A model generated the notes under the pieces. It ran no database searches and was not told the origin of the DNA. It was given only the letters and a program-made list of their open reading frames with translations. Below are positions 45,719 through 54,850 of a DNA stretch of 64,000 bases, piece by piece (the stretch's first letter is position 1; the number at the start of each line of letters is the position of its first letter). Where the stretch lies: NCBI GenBank assembly GCA_036002305.1, contig DASYTL010000035.1, positions 149,444 through 213,443 of the forward strand. Reading direction: 5' to 3'. Both the position numbers and the translations under genes were made by a program. This DNA comes from Candidatus Limnocylindria bacterium. Its GTDB lineage: Bacteria; Chloroflexota; Limnocylindria; P2-11E.

Positions 45719-45871
45719 CTAAGTGAGGTTATTGCCGATGCTCGAAAAGTAGTTCGAGAGCGCGTCCCGAAAGAAGACCATGGCGATGATGACTGCGATC
45801 GCGATCACCGCGATGATGAGTGCGTACTCGACGAGGCCTTGCCCCTCTTCGTTCCTCCAAAACTCGACCAT
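45719..45871 (-). CDS. flp: Flp family type IVb pilin
   Basis: 50 aa, MVEFWRNEEGQGLVEYALIIAVIAIAVI (G/xxxxEY prepilin motif). AAGGAG 6 nt upstream of the ATG. Confidence 0.8.
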   Translation of the reverse strand: MVEFWRNEEGQGLVEYALIIAVIAIAVIIAMVFFRDALSNYFSSIGNNLT

Positions 45872-45951
45872 GCACGCTCCTTTTACGGCGCGGCGGCCGC
45901 GCCAATGGTCGCAAATAGAGTGGTCGCCTGCCAGCCCGCTAGTACTTTTCG

Positions 45952-46533
45952 TCACCCGCCTGCGACGGCTGCTCTGCTGGTCAGTCGTAACGCCGCAGCA
46001 ACCCGCTCTTCGGTGCTGGCGCGGCCCTTCTCGGGTGCGCCGCGAAGCGCCGTCGCCGCTTCCGACGCCGTGTAGCCCAACGCGACAAGCGCGGCGTGCG
46101 CGTCGTCCTCGTTACCGAGCGGCCCTGCTGTCGCGGGGACACCCGCGACGCGTCCGATCTTGCTTTTCAGGTCGACGATGACGCGCTCCGCCGTCTTCTT
46201 CCCCACCCCCGGGGCGCGAGCGAGCACCGCGGTGTCGCCGGTCGCGATCGCCGACGCGATCTCCGCGGGACGCGCGACGGAAAGCATCGCCATCCCCGCT
46301 TTCGGTCCGACGCCCGACACGCTGATGAGCATCTCGAAGAGCGCCAGCTCCTCGCGCGTCTCGAACCCGTAGAGCGACTCGTCGTCCTCGCGCACGACCT
46401 GATGGGTGTGCAGCAGCACCTCGTCAAGCGTTGGATGCCGCGGGACGAAGACCTTGTAGCCGACTCCGTTGACCTCGACGACGACGTGATCGGACTCTCG
46501 CGCGATCACCTCGCCGCGGATGGCGGCGATCAC
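45952..46533 (-). CDS. ruvA: Holliday junction branch migration protein RuvA
   Basis: MIAAIRGEV, NGVGYKVFVP, SVSGVGPKAGMAML, APGVGKKTAERV. Confidence 0.92.
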   Translation of the reverse strand: MIAAIRGEVIARESDHVVVEVNGVGYKVFVPRHPTLDEVLLHTHQVVREDDESLYGFETREELALFEMLISVSGVGPKAGMAMLSVARPAEIASAIATGDTAVLARAPGVGKKTAERVIVDLKSKIGRVAGVPATAGPLGNEDDAHAALVALGYTASEAATALRGAPEKGRASTEERVAAALRLTSRAAVAGG

Positions 46534-46696
46534 CTCCCGATTCGCACGCGGGCGGGGTGAGGCTCGGGGTGCTCGCGTGCTCGCGGGTCCCTTCGCCCTA
46601 CCCCTCCGGATCCGGCGAGCGCGGCGGATGCGGATGGGGCGACTCCCGCTGCGCCGCGAGCACCCTCTCGCCTTCCCCGCGCGCGCGTGTCCCTTC

Positions 46697-47188
46697 TCAT
46701 CGCCCTGCCGCCACCGATTCGGCGAATCGCGCGCGGTTCGCGTGCGTCACCGCGATCGCGATCGCGTCGGCCACGTTGTCCTGTGTGATCGGGGCATTCA
46801 GCGCGACCAGTACCGGGAGCATGCGCTGGACCGCTTTCTTGTCCCCGCGTCCGTTACCCGTTACCGAGATCTTCACTTCCTGAGGCGTGTACTCGGCGAT
46901 CTCGAGACCGGCGCGTGCTCCACACAACAGCGCGATCCCCCGCGCTTCCGAGACGCGCATCGCCGTCTGGACGTTCTTATTGAAGTAGAGCCGCTCGACC
47001 GCGAGAGCGAACGGCCGGTGACGAGTGATCAGCTCGTCAAGCGCCTTCGAGATCGCGAGGAGCCGTTCCGGAGCGCTCGAGCTCGCGCGCACGTCGACGA
47101 CCCCGCACTCGAGGAGAAGGGCTCGCTCCGGACCCGCGACGAGGAAGGCGTATCCCATTCCGGTCGTCCCGGGGTCGATCCCGAGGAT
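46697..47188 (-). CDS. ruvC: crossover junction endodeoxyribonuclease RuvC
   Basis: ILGIDPGTTGMGY, AVERLYFNKN, ADAIAIAVTH. There is no canonical start near the conserved N-terminus, so the proposed start is ATC at 47188. Confidence 0.88.
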   Translation of the reverse strand: MLGIDPGTTGMGYAFLVAGPERALLLECGVVDVRASSSAPERLLAISKALDELITRHRPFALAVERLYFNKNVQTAMRVSEARGIALLCGARAGLEIAEYTPQEVKISVTGNGRGDKKAVQRMLPVLVALNAPITQDNVADAIAIAVTHANRARFAESVAAGR

Positions 47189-47195
47189 GACCCGG

Positions 47196-47942
47196 CTAGG
47201 CGTGCTGCAGGACCTCGTCGGGCACGTCGAAGTTCGCGTAGACCTTCTGCACGTCGTCGAGCTCCTCGAGGGCGTCGACGAGGCCGATGACCTTCCTCGC
47301 CTGCTCGCCCTCGACACGCACGGTCGTCGTCGGCCGCATGGAGAGCTCCGCGGAGGCCGTCTTGACGCCCGCCGCCTCGAGCTCCTTTTTCACCCGCTCG
47401 AACGCGGCCGGTGCGGTGTAGACCGTGATGAGCCCTGGCTCGACCTCCACGTCCTCGGCCCCGGCGTCGATCGCGGCGAGCTGGATCAGGTCGGGATCCT
47501 TCCCCTTGGTGTCGATCTCGATGACGCCCTTCTGCTCGAAGATCCATTGCACGGAGCCCGACTCGCCCAGCTTGCCGCCCCCGCGTGTGAACGCGGCGCG
47601 GATCTCTGAGACGGTGCGGTTCCGATTGTCGGTGGCGGCCTCGATCATCACCGAGACGCCGCCCGGTGCGTAGCCCTCGTACACGACGCTCTCGAGCGCC
47701 GCCGCCTCGCCGCTTCCGATGGCCCGGTCTATCGCGCGCTGGATGTTCTCGCGCGGCATGTTGACGTTGCGCGCGCGCTCGATGGCCAGTCTGAGCCTGA
47801 AGTTGCCGTCGGGATCGCCCCCGCCGCCTTCCTTCGCGGCGAGCATGATCTCCTTCGTCATCTTCGTGAAAACGACCCCCCGCTTGACGTCCGCGGCTCC
47901 CTTTTGGCGCTTGATCTGACTCCACTTTGAGTGCCCGGACAT
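47196..47942 (-). CDS. yebC: YebC/PmpR family DNA-binding transcriptional regulator
   Basis: MSGHSKWSQIKRQKG, NMPRENIQRAI, YEGYAPGGV. Confidence 0.92.
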   Translation of the reverse strand: MSGHSKWSQIKRQKGAADVKRGVVFTKMTKEIMLAAKEGGGGDPDGNFRLRLAIERARNVNMPRENIQRAIDRAIGSGEAAALESVVYEGYAPGGVSVMIEAATDNRNRTVSEIRAAFTRGGGKLGESGSVQWIFEQKGVIEIDTKGKDPDLIQLAAIDAGAEDVEVEPGLITVYTAPAAFERVKKELEAAGVKTASAELSMRPTTTVRVEGEQARKVIGLVDALEELDDVQKVYANFDVPDEVLQHA

Positions 47943-47985
47943 CGCGCGAAATACTATCAACGCACTTCGCGTTGGGGAGAGTTCC

Positions 47986-50070
47986 ATGCCATCACCGGAG
48001 CCCACGCTCATCAGAAACGTGGCCGTCGTCGGCCATGGGGGTTCGGGAAAGACGAGCCTCGTCGAATCCCTCCTCCACGCGGTCGGGGCGACGACGCGCC
48101 TTGGCAAGGTCGACGACGGCACCAGCATCCTGGACACGGACCCCGAAGAGCAGAGACGGCATATCACCATCAACATGGCGCTGGCCTCCTTCGCCCACGA
48201 CGGCGTGAAGATCAACCTCATCGACACACCCGGTTTCGCCGACTTCGCCGGGGACCAGCGCGCCGCGCTGCGTATCGCCGACGCGGCGATCGTGTTCGTC
48301 GACGCGTCCGCCGGCGTCCAGGTGGGGACGCAGACCGTCTGGAGTGAGCTCGAGAAGTCCGGCACCCCGCGGATCGTGGTCATCGGCAGGCTGGACCGTG
48401 AGAACGCCGACTTCGACGAGGTCCTCGGCCAGCTCCGTGAGGCGTACGGCATCCGCGTGGTGCCGCTTCATGTCCCGGTCGGCCAGCATCAGGACCTCAA
48501 AGCGACCATCGACCTGCTGCACGGCCAGGTCCTGAAAGGCCCGAAAGACCCCGTCGCGGACCTGAACAAGGAGGAGGCCGATCGCGTCGGGCCATACCGC
48601 CAGCAGCTGGTCGAAGCGATCGTCGAGACCGACGAGGATCTCCTCACGCGCTATCTCGACGGGAAGGAACTCGGGTACGACGAGCTGCGCGACGCGCTCC
48701 ACGCCGCCGTGCGCGAGGGAAAGGTCGTTCCGGTGGCGGCGTCGTCGGCGCACAAGCACGTCGGGTACGCCGCTCTACTCAACACCGTCCGCGAGATGCT
48801 GCCCTCCCCCGCCGAAGCCGGTTCGGTCATCGGCCGTTCGCCGTCGGGCGACGAGGTGGCGCGCAAGCCCGAGCCCTCCGAGAAGTTCTCGGCGTTCGTG
48901 TTCAAGACGCTCGCCGATCCGTTCGTGGGCAAGCTCAGCTACGTCCGGGTCTACTCGGGAGCGCTCCACCACAACACGCAGATCTACGACGCGACCAAGA
49001 AGGAAACAGAACGCGTCGGGCAGATCTTCTTCCTTCGCGGAAAAGAGCAGGAGCAGACCGACGCCGTCGGCGCGGGCGACATCTGCGCCATCCCGAAGCT
49101 GACGGCGACGACCACCAACGCGACCCTTTCGGACAGGGACGGGGTGATCCTCTACGAGCCCATCGAGTTCCCGCCGCCGTCCTTCGCGGTGGCGATCGAG
49201 CCGTCGAGCAAGGCCGACCTGGACAAGCTCGCCACGGCGCTGCACAAGCTCACCGACGAGGACCCCACGCTCCACGTGCGCCGCGAGGACGCGACACACG
49301 AGACGCTTCTCTCGGCGATAGGCGAGTCGGCGATCGAGGTCGCCGTCCACCACCTCAAGGACAAGTTCGGCGTCCAGGTGGAGATGCGCACGCCGAAGGT
49401 CCCGTACCGCGAGTCGATCCGGTCGAAGGCCCAGGCACAGGGCCGCTACAAGCGGCAGACCGGCGGGCACGGCCAGTTCGGCGACGTCTTCCTCGAGATC
49501 GAGCCGCAGCCCGCCGGCACCGGCGTCCAGTTCGGGACGCGGATCGTCGGCGGATCCGTGCCGCGCAACTTCTGGCCCGCGGTCGAGAAAGGCGTCCGCG
49601 AAGCGGCCGAGAGGGGAGTCATCGCGGGGTATCCCCTTTCGGACTTCAAGGCGGTGCTGTACGACGGCAGCTTCCACGCGGTGGACTCGAGCGAGATGAG
49701 CTTCAAGATCGCGGGATCGCTCGCGCTGCAGAACTGCGTGAAAGATGCCCAGCCGTACCTGCTCGAGCCGATCATGAAGGTCGAGGTGCTCGTGCCCGAG
49801 GAGCAGATGGGCGACGTGCTCGCGGACCTCAACTCGCGGCGTGGCCGCGTGCTCGGGATGGAAAGCAGTGGCGCCGGCCTGCAGCTGATCAGGGCGCACG
49901 TCCCGATGGCGGAGACGTTCCGCTACGCGACGGACCTGCGGTCGATGACCGGTGGCCGTGGGACGTTCAGCGCGGAGCTACTCGGCTATGAGGAGTGCCC
50001 CTCGCACATCGCGCAGAAGGTGATCGCGGCTCACGGGACCGAAGCGGAGGAGACGGCGGCGGCGCGGTAG
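47986..50070 (+). CDS. elongation factor G family GTPase (EF-G paralog, outside a str operon)
   Basis: NVAVVGHGGSGKTSL, DTPGFADF, GRLDRE, with domains II-V present. Confidence 0.88.
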   Translation: MPSPEPTLIRNVAVVGHGGSGKTSLVESLLHAVGATTRLGKVDDGTSILDTDPEEQRRHITINMALASFAHDGVKINLIDTPGFADFAGDQRAALRIADAAIVFVDASAGVQVGTQTVWSELEKSGTPRIVVIGRLDRENADFDEVLGQLREAYGIRVVPLHVPVGQHQDLKATIDLLHGQVLKGPKDPVADLNKEEADRVGPYRQQLVEAIVETDEDLLTRYLDGKELGYDELRDALHAAVREGKVVPVAASSAHKHVGYAALLNTVREMLPSPAEAGSVIGRSPSGDEVARKPEPSEKFSAFVFKTLADPFVGKLSYVRVYSGALHHNTQIYDATKKETERVGQIFFLRGKEQEQTDAVGAGDICAIPKLTATTTNATLSDRDGVILYEPIEFPPPSFAVAIEPSSKADLDKLATALHKLTDEDPTLHVRREDATHETLLSAIGESAIEVAVHHLKDKFGVQVEMRTPKVPYRESIRSKAQAQGRYKRQTGGHGQFGDVFLEIEPQPAGTGVQFGTRIVGGSVPRNFWPAVEKGVREAAERGVIAGYPLSDFKAVLYDGSFHAVDSSEMSFKIAGSLALQNCVKDAQPYLLEPIMKVEVLVPEEQMGDVLADLNSRRGRVLGMESSGAGLQLIRAHVPMAETFRYATDLRSMTGGRGTFSAELLGYEECPSHIAQKVIAAHGTEAEETAAAR

Positions 50071-50073
50071 CGG

Positions 50074-50730
50074 TCAGGCCGGCTCGTTCCAAACGCGTCG
50101 CCGGCCAAACCGGCGTACGCAGACGAGGCGCGCGACCGGACGATAGCCCGCGCCCTCGATGGCGCGACGCGATGGCGTGTTCGTCTCGAGCACCCCGGAA
50201 AAGATGCGCTCCGCTCCCAGCGCGAAGGCCGTGCGAACCGTCTCCCGCGCGCTCAGTTGGTGAAGACCTCGACCGCGGAGCCGCGGCTCCGTGTAGGCGC
50301 CGTAGCTGATCGCGCTCCCCGGCGGGACCGCGTAGCTCGCGCCGATCTCCGGGAAGGTGATCTCCCGCTGGCCGAGCTGAAGCCAGTGGTAGTGGGCGAG
50401 GACGCCCTCCTCGACCACGGTGAATGAGTGCTCGCCCTGAGCCAGGCGACGCCGGGCCTCGGCGACGATCGCCGCGCGCGAGAGATGCCAATCCGAGCCC
50501 GTGTAACGGCTGAAGTCGGCGAGCGCGTCCCAGCGACTCCCCGTCCGCACGGCGCGAAGCGGCTCCGGCGACTCCGCTGAGAGCTCGCGGTCCGCGCGGT
50601 AGACGGTCATGACCTGACGCGACCACGCCCACCGGCGGCCCTGGCGCAAGACAGCGCCTGCGAGCGAGCGCGGCGAACGGCGCCGAGCGAACCCCAGCAG
50701 ATCCCAGCAGCGCGACATCCACGACTTCAC
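50074..50730 (-). CDS. GNAT family N-acetyltransferase
   Basis: C-terminal acetyl-CoA motif A-like RLRGRGLHQL and ETNTPSRRAIEGAGYRPV. Confidence 0.6.
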   Translation of the reverse strand: MKSWMSRCWDLLGFARRRSPRSLAGAVLRQGRRWAWSRQVMTVYRADRELSAESPEPLRAVRTGSRWDALADFSRYTGSDWHLSRAAIVAEARRRLAQGEHSFTVVEEGVLAHYHWLQLGQREITFPEIGASYAVPPGSAISYGAYTEPRLRGRGLHQLSARETVRTAFALGAERIFSGVLETNTPSRRAIEGAGYRPVARLVCVRRFGRRRVWNEPA

Positions 50731-50808
50731 CCGACTCGCCTCAATGCGTGGCCGGTATCTTGCGAGAACGGTTGGTTGAGCAGGAGCGCGAACAGATGAC
50801 GCTCGGTA

Positions 50809-52089
50809 ATGAGCATGCCTGATCCGGGCCCCACCAGCGCGGGATTCTTATCCGTTTCCGGTGCGGCGACGGTGCTTCCAGACCGACGGATCCCGTCGGC
50901 GCGACCGCGGGGCGATGGCCCGACAAACGACCTCCGGTGGTTCCTCCACGACGGACCGTCGGCCCTCGCGGAGATCGCGCCCGAGTGGCGGCTGCTTGAA
51001 AGCTCTCTCCCCGAGCACTCGATCTTCGCTACGCCGGAGTGGGGTCTCACGTGGTGGGCTCACTTCGGCGGTGGGCGCGCTCTCCACCTGATCAGCGCGC
51101 GCCGCGGCGGCCAGCTCGTCGCGCTCGCCACGTTCTGCACACGGCGCCGCTGGGGCATACGCATCACCGAGTTCCTGGGCTCGGAGGAGCGCGACCACGC
51201 GAGCATCCTCACCGCGCCAGGCGAGGAGCCAGTCGCGGCGGGGCTCGTGCGCCTCGTGCTGGAGCGGGACGATTGGGATCTCCTCGACCTCTGGTGTGTG
51301 CCTGTCGGATCTCCGACCGCCGCCGCGCTCGTCGAGAGCCTCGCCGCGCAGCGGGCCCATTACGAGCTCATCAAGATGACCGGCAATCCCGTGCTCGACC
51401 TCAGCACGGACGCGTGGGATGCGTCGGCGAGCAAGTCTCGTCTGAGGCGGCTGGGCGCCAAGCGCCGGGCGCTCGAGCGGCGGGGACAGCTCGAGCTCGC
51501 TTTTCCTCGCGACGACGAGGATCTCGAGGCAGCGCTCAGAGAGCTCCGTGGACTTCACGCGCAGCGCTGGAGGAGCAAGGGCGAGACGAGTCCGCTGCAG
51601 CTCCCCAAATACTGGGGCTGGGTGCGAGGGATCACGATGAGCGCGGGTCGACAGGGCCGGCTCTACTTCCCACGCCTGCTCCTCGACGGGCGGCTGGTCG
51701 CCACCGGCATCTACTTTCTCCATCGCCGACGTCTGTTCTTCTGGCTGGGCGCGCACGATGCCGAGTTCGCTCGCCAATCGCCCTTCCATCTCCTGACACT
51801 CGCGGTCATCGAAGACGTGCGCTCGGCGGGTACCGTCGACGTCCTCGACTTCGGGGCCGGCGAAGAGCCATACAAGTTTCACTGGACACAGACGTCGCTG
51901 CCGCTCTTGCGCGTCCTGGCCTGGCGCGGGCAGCGCGGTCGCGCGGCCCACTTCTGGCAAGGCAGGGTGCGACCGTGGGCCTGGGCGCATCCGGACGTCT
52001 CCCGCCCGATGCGCCGATGGAGGCGATTCCGGGGCATCCTGAGCGGAGGAGGGCCGTCCTCGGCCGACGACGGCGGCATCAACCCGTGA
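50809..52089 (+). CDS. GNAT/FemAB-like acyltransferase (CelD / BioF2-like family)
   Basis: EWRLLESS..SIFATPEW..W and DFGAGEEPYKFHW resemble the CelD-like family. The N-terminal start is uncertain. Confidence 0.6.
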   Translation: MSMPDPGPTSAGFLSVSGAATVLPDRRIPSARPRGDGPTNDLRWFLHDGPSALAEIAPEWRLLESSLPEHSIFATPEWGLTWWAHFGGGRALHLISARRGGQLVALATFCTRRRWGIRITEFLGSEERDHASILTAPGEEPVAAGLVRLVLERDDWDLLDLWCVPVGSPTAAALVESLAAQRAHYELIKMTGNPVLDLSTDAWDASASKSRLRRLGAKRRALERRGQLELAFPRDDEDLEAALRELRGLHAQRWRSKGETSPLQLPKYWGWVRGITMSAGRQGRLYFPRLLLDGRLVATGIYFLHRRRLFFWLGAHDAEFARQSPFHLLTLAVIEDVRSAGTVDVLDFGAGEEPYKFHWTQTSLPLLRVLAWRGQRGRAAHFWQGRVRPWAWAHPDVSRPMRRWRRFRGILSGGGPSSADDGGINP

Positions 52090-52108
52090 TCGAGAGGGCG
52101 TCGCGTTC

Positions 52109-53521
52109 GTGAGCCTCGAGACGAGCGGCGCCGACGCCCGGCGCCGGATCGGCAATCTCGTGTCGCCAGTCTTCTACCGATTCGCCCTTGGCCCCACCCG
52201 GCCCCGGCGGGTCGAGGCCTTCGCCGACCTGCTGGAGGCGGAACGCCTGCCGCTGGAACGGCAGCGCGAGCTGCAGCAGCGGCTGCTCAGGAAGCTCTTG
52301 CTGCACGCGACGCGGAACAGCGCCTGGTACCGGGAAAGGCTGCCGGATCCTTCGGATCTCGCGCGCTTCCACCTGGACGATCTGCGCCGTCTGCCGGTCC
52401 TCGAAAAATCGGACCTGCAGGATCACCTCGACGAGATCACGGGTGCCGGGAGACTCGCGACCAACGTCGGCGAGAACCACAGCTCAGGCTCCACCGGGAC
52501 GCCGGTGCGGGTGTACCAGTCGCAGGAGTACTTCGACGCGCACTGGGCTGAGACGGCTTGGGGCTATCTCATGTGCGGGCAGTTCAGCCCTGGGATGCCG
52601 CTGGCATTCTTCTGGGGCTCGCAGATCAATGCAAGCGAGCACCGAGGGGTCCGTGGCACCCTCCACGATCTGCTCGTGAACGTGCTCTGGTTCGATGCCT
52701 TTTCGCTACGCCGCGACCGCCTTCCGGCCACCGTGCGGAAGCTGCGCGCCTATCGGCCCTCGCTCATCGTGGGCTACGTCTCCACGTTGACCGAAGTCGC
52801 ACACGCGCTGCACCGGCCGCTGGAGGGACTTTTGGGCTTGGAGACGACGGCGGAAACGCTCACGCCGCCCGACCGCGCGTTACTCGAGAGCGCTTTTGGC
52901 GCTCCGGTGTTCAACCGGTATGGAACGAACGAGGTAGGGACGATCGCGCACGAGTGCCAGGCGCACGATGGACTTCACCTGATGATGCAGAACAGCATCA
53001 TCGAGGTCGTCGATGCCGAAGGCCGGCCGCTTGCGGCAGCCGGCGATGAGGGCGAGATCCTGGTAACGAGTCTGCGAAACCTCGCCACGCCGCTGATCAG
53101 ATACCGGCTCGGTGACGTCGTGCGTCTTGGACGCGACGGCTGCTCCTGTGGACGTGGCAGTGCCCGCCTCGAGTCGGTCGTCGGCCGCTCATCCGACCTG
53201 ATCGTTTCTCCCGGCGGCGTCCTTCTCCACAGCCTGTTTTTCCTGAAGCTCTTCTACGGCACGCCGGTGCAGCGGTTCCGCGTCGAGCAGGAAACACACA
53301 GTCGACTACGGGTGCGGGTCGTTCCCAAGGCGCAATACAGCGACGACGTGCGCCGACGGGTCAGTTCGCAGATCCTCGCGCACGGGGACCCGGGCTTCGA
53401 GGTGATCTGGGAAGTTGTCGACGAGCTGCCGCGGACTGCTGGCGGGAAATTCAGAGTCACGGTCAGCCACGTCGGACGAGGTCAACCGCCGCGGCGTGTG
53501 CCGACGCGGGGGGCCGCCTAG
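52109..53521 (+). CDS. adenylate-forming enzyme, phenylacetate-CoA ligase / CapK / F390 synthetase family
   Basis: HSSGSTGTPV (AMP-binding P-loop), YGTNEVG, GKFRVT C-terminal Lys. Confidence 0.75.
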   Translation: MSLETSGADARRRIGNLVSPVFYRFALGPTRPRRVEAFADLLEAERLPLERQRELQQRLLRKLLLHATRNSAWYRERLPDPSDLARFHLDDLRRLPVLEKSDLQDHLDEITGAGRLATNVGENHSSGSTGTPVRVYQSQEYFDAHWAETAWGYLMCGQFSPGMPLAFFWGSQINASEHRGVRGTLHDLLVNVLWFDAFSLRRDRLPATVRKLRAYRPSLIVGYVSTLTEVAHALHRPLEGLLGLETTAETLTPPDRALLESAFGAPVFNRYGTNEVGTIAHECQAHDGLHLMMQNSIIEVVDAEGRPLAAAGDEGEILVTSLRNLATPLIRYRLGDVVRLGRDGCSCGRGSARLESVVGRSSDLIVSPGGVLLHSLFFLKLFYGTPVQRFRVEQETHSRLRVRVVPKAQYSDDVRRRVSSQILAHGDPGFEVIWEVVDELPRTAGGKFRVTVSHVGRGQPPRRVPTRGAA

Positions 53522-53596
53522 GTGTGATTCGAGGCGGTTTCTGAGACTCGTCTGAGGGCGGCTAGCGTGCCGCGCCATGAACGAGATCAGGGCCGG

Positions 53597-54850
53597 TCAC
53601 GGCGTGTTGGCCACGAGCCGGCCCGCGAAGAACGAGAGCACCCACTCGACCAGGAGCGACGCGCGGTTACGGACGCCGAGGAGCTGCATGAGGTAGTTCA
53701 CGCGCCACACGGTCCACGCGGGGAATCCGCTGAGCACGAACCCCCCAAGCTTCGCGAACTCGGCGGCAGCCTGCGTGCGGCCGAGCGCGATGAGGTCGCC
53801 CTTCCGGCGGTACACGAACGGGACGGTCGGCTCGCCCCGGACGAGCGCGGCGACGTTTCTCGCCGCGGTCGGCGCTTCCAGCACGGCGACCTGCGCGAGC
53901 TGCGGCAGACCCTTGCCGCCGTGCTCGAAGAAGGCCGCGTCCCCGAGGACGAGAACGTCGTCGCGCCCGGACGCGCGAAAGGAGCGGTCGACGACGATAC
54001 GGCCGTCCCTGGACTTCGGCAGGTCGAGGCCGGCGACGAGCGGGTTCACCTTCACGCCGCCGGACCAGACGATCGTCCGCGCCCTGAGCTGGGCACCCGC
54101 CTTGGTGTGGACGACGCCGGGGCCGATCTCCGAGACGAGCGTGTTCAGGAGCACGCGGATCCGCTGCTGCTCGAGGCGTCGCATCGCGATGGCCGAGAGC
54201 CGCGGGTCCATCGCCGGGAGCACGCGGTCCGAGCTGTCGATGAGGTGCACGGTGACGTCCGCGTAGAAGTCGATCGTCGGGTAGATCTTCCGCAGCGTGT
54301 GGTCCATCAGATCGCGGAGCGAGCTCGCGAGCTCGACGCCGACGGGCCCGGCGCCGACGATGACGAAGGTGAGCTGCTCGCGCCGGCGGGCGATGTCCGT
54401 CTCGGTCGCGGCGCTCTCGAAGATGTCGAGGACGTGGCGCTTGAGCGTCTCGGCGTCAGCGAGCCATTTGACCGGCTTGGCGTTCTCGCGGACCCCCGGG
54501 ATGCCGTAGTCGTTGCTGACCGAACCGAGGGCGATCACCAGGTGGTCGTAGCGGAGCTCTCCGTCGGCGGTGCCGACACGACGGCTTTCGAGATCGACCA
54601 CCCCGACCTCGCTCTGGAGGAACTCGAAACCGGCGGGCGCGGTCGTGTCCCGGAGCGGGTACGCGACCGCGTGCGGAGGGAGCTCGCCCGTGCAGACCTG
54701 ATAGAGGAGCGGCGTGAAGAGGTGGTAGTTCTGCCTGTCGACGACGGTGACGCTGGCCTCGCCCGGTCGCAGGCGGCGTTCGAGATGGCGGACCAGGTGC
54801 AGGCCGGCGAAGCCACCGCCGAGCACGACGATGTGCTTCGGCGCGTTCAA
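53597..54850 (-). CDS. ndh: type II NADH dehydrogenase (NDH-2) / FAD-dependent pyridine nucleotide-disulfide oxidoreductase
   Basis: IVVLGGGFAGL, VIVGAGPVGVE, LGDAA. TTG start overlaps the TPR-gene stop (TTGA). Confidence 0.85.
   Translation of the reverse strand: MNAPKHIVVLGGGFAGLHLVRHLERRLRPGEASVTVVDRQNYHLFTPLLYQVCTGELPPHAVAYPLRDTTAPAGFEFLQSEVGVVDLESRRVGTADGELRYDHLVIALGSVSNDYGIPGVRENAKPVKWLADAETLKRHVLDIFESAATETDIARRREQLTFVIVGAGPVGVELASSLRDLMDHTLRKIYPTIDFYADVTVHLIDSSDRVLPAMDPRLSAIAMRRLEQQRIRVLLNTLVSEIGPGVVHTKAGAQLRARTIVWSGGVKVNPLVAGLDLPKSRDGRIVVDRSFRASGRDDVLVLGDAAFFEHGGKGLPQLAQVAVLEAPTAARNVAALVRGEPTVPFVYRRKGDLIALGRTQAAAEFAKLGGFVLSGFPAWTVWRVNYLMQLLGVRNRASLLVEWVLSFFAGRLVANTP

Noticed and set aside
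46534-46696. The 163-nt ruvC-ruvA spacer as a possible ncRNA or small ORF.
   Set aside because: I found no convincing hairpin-terminator, conserved box or coding pattern. It is GC-rich and featureless by eye.
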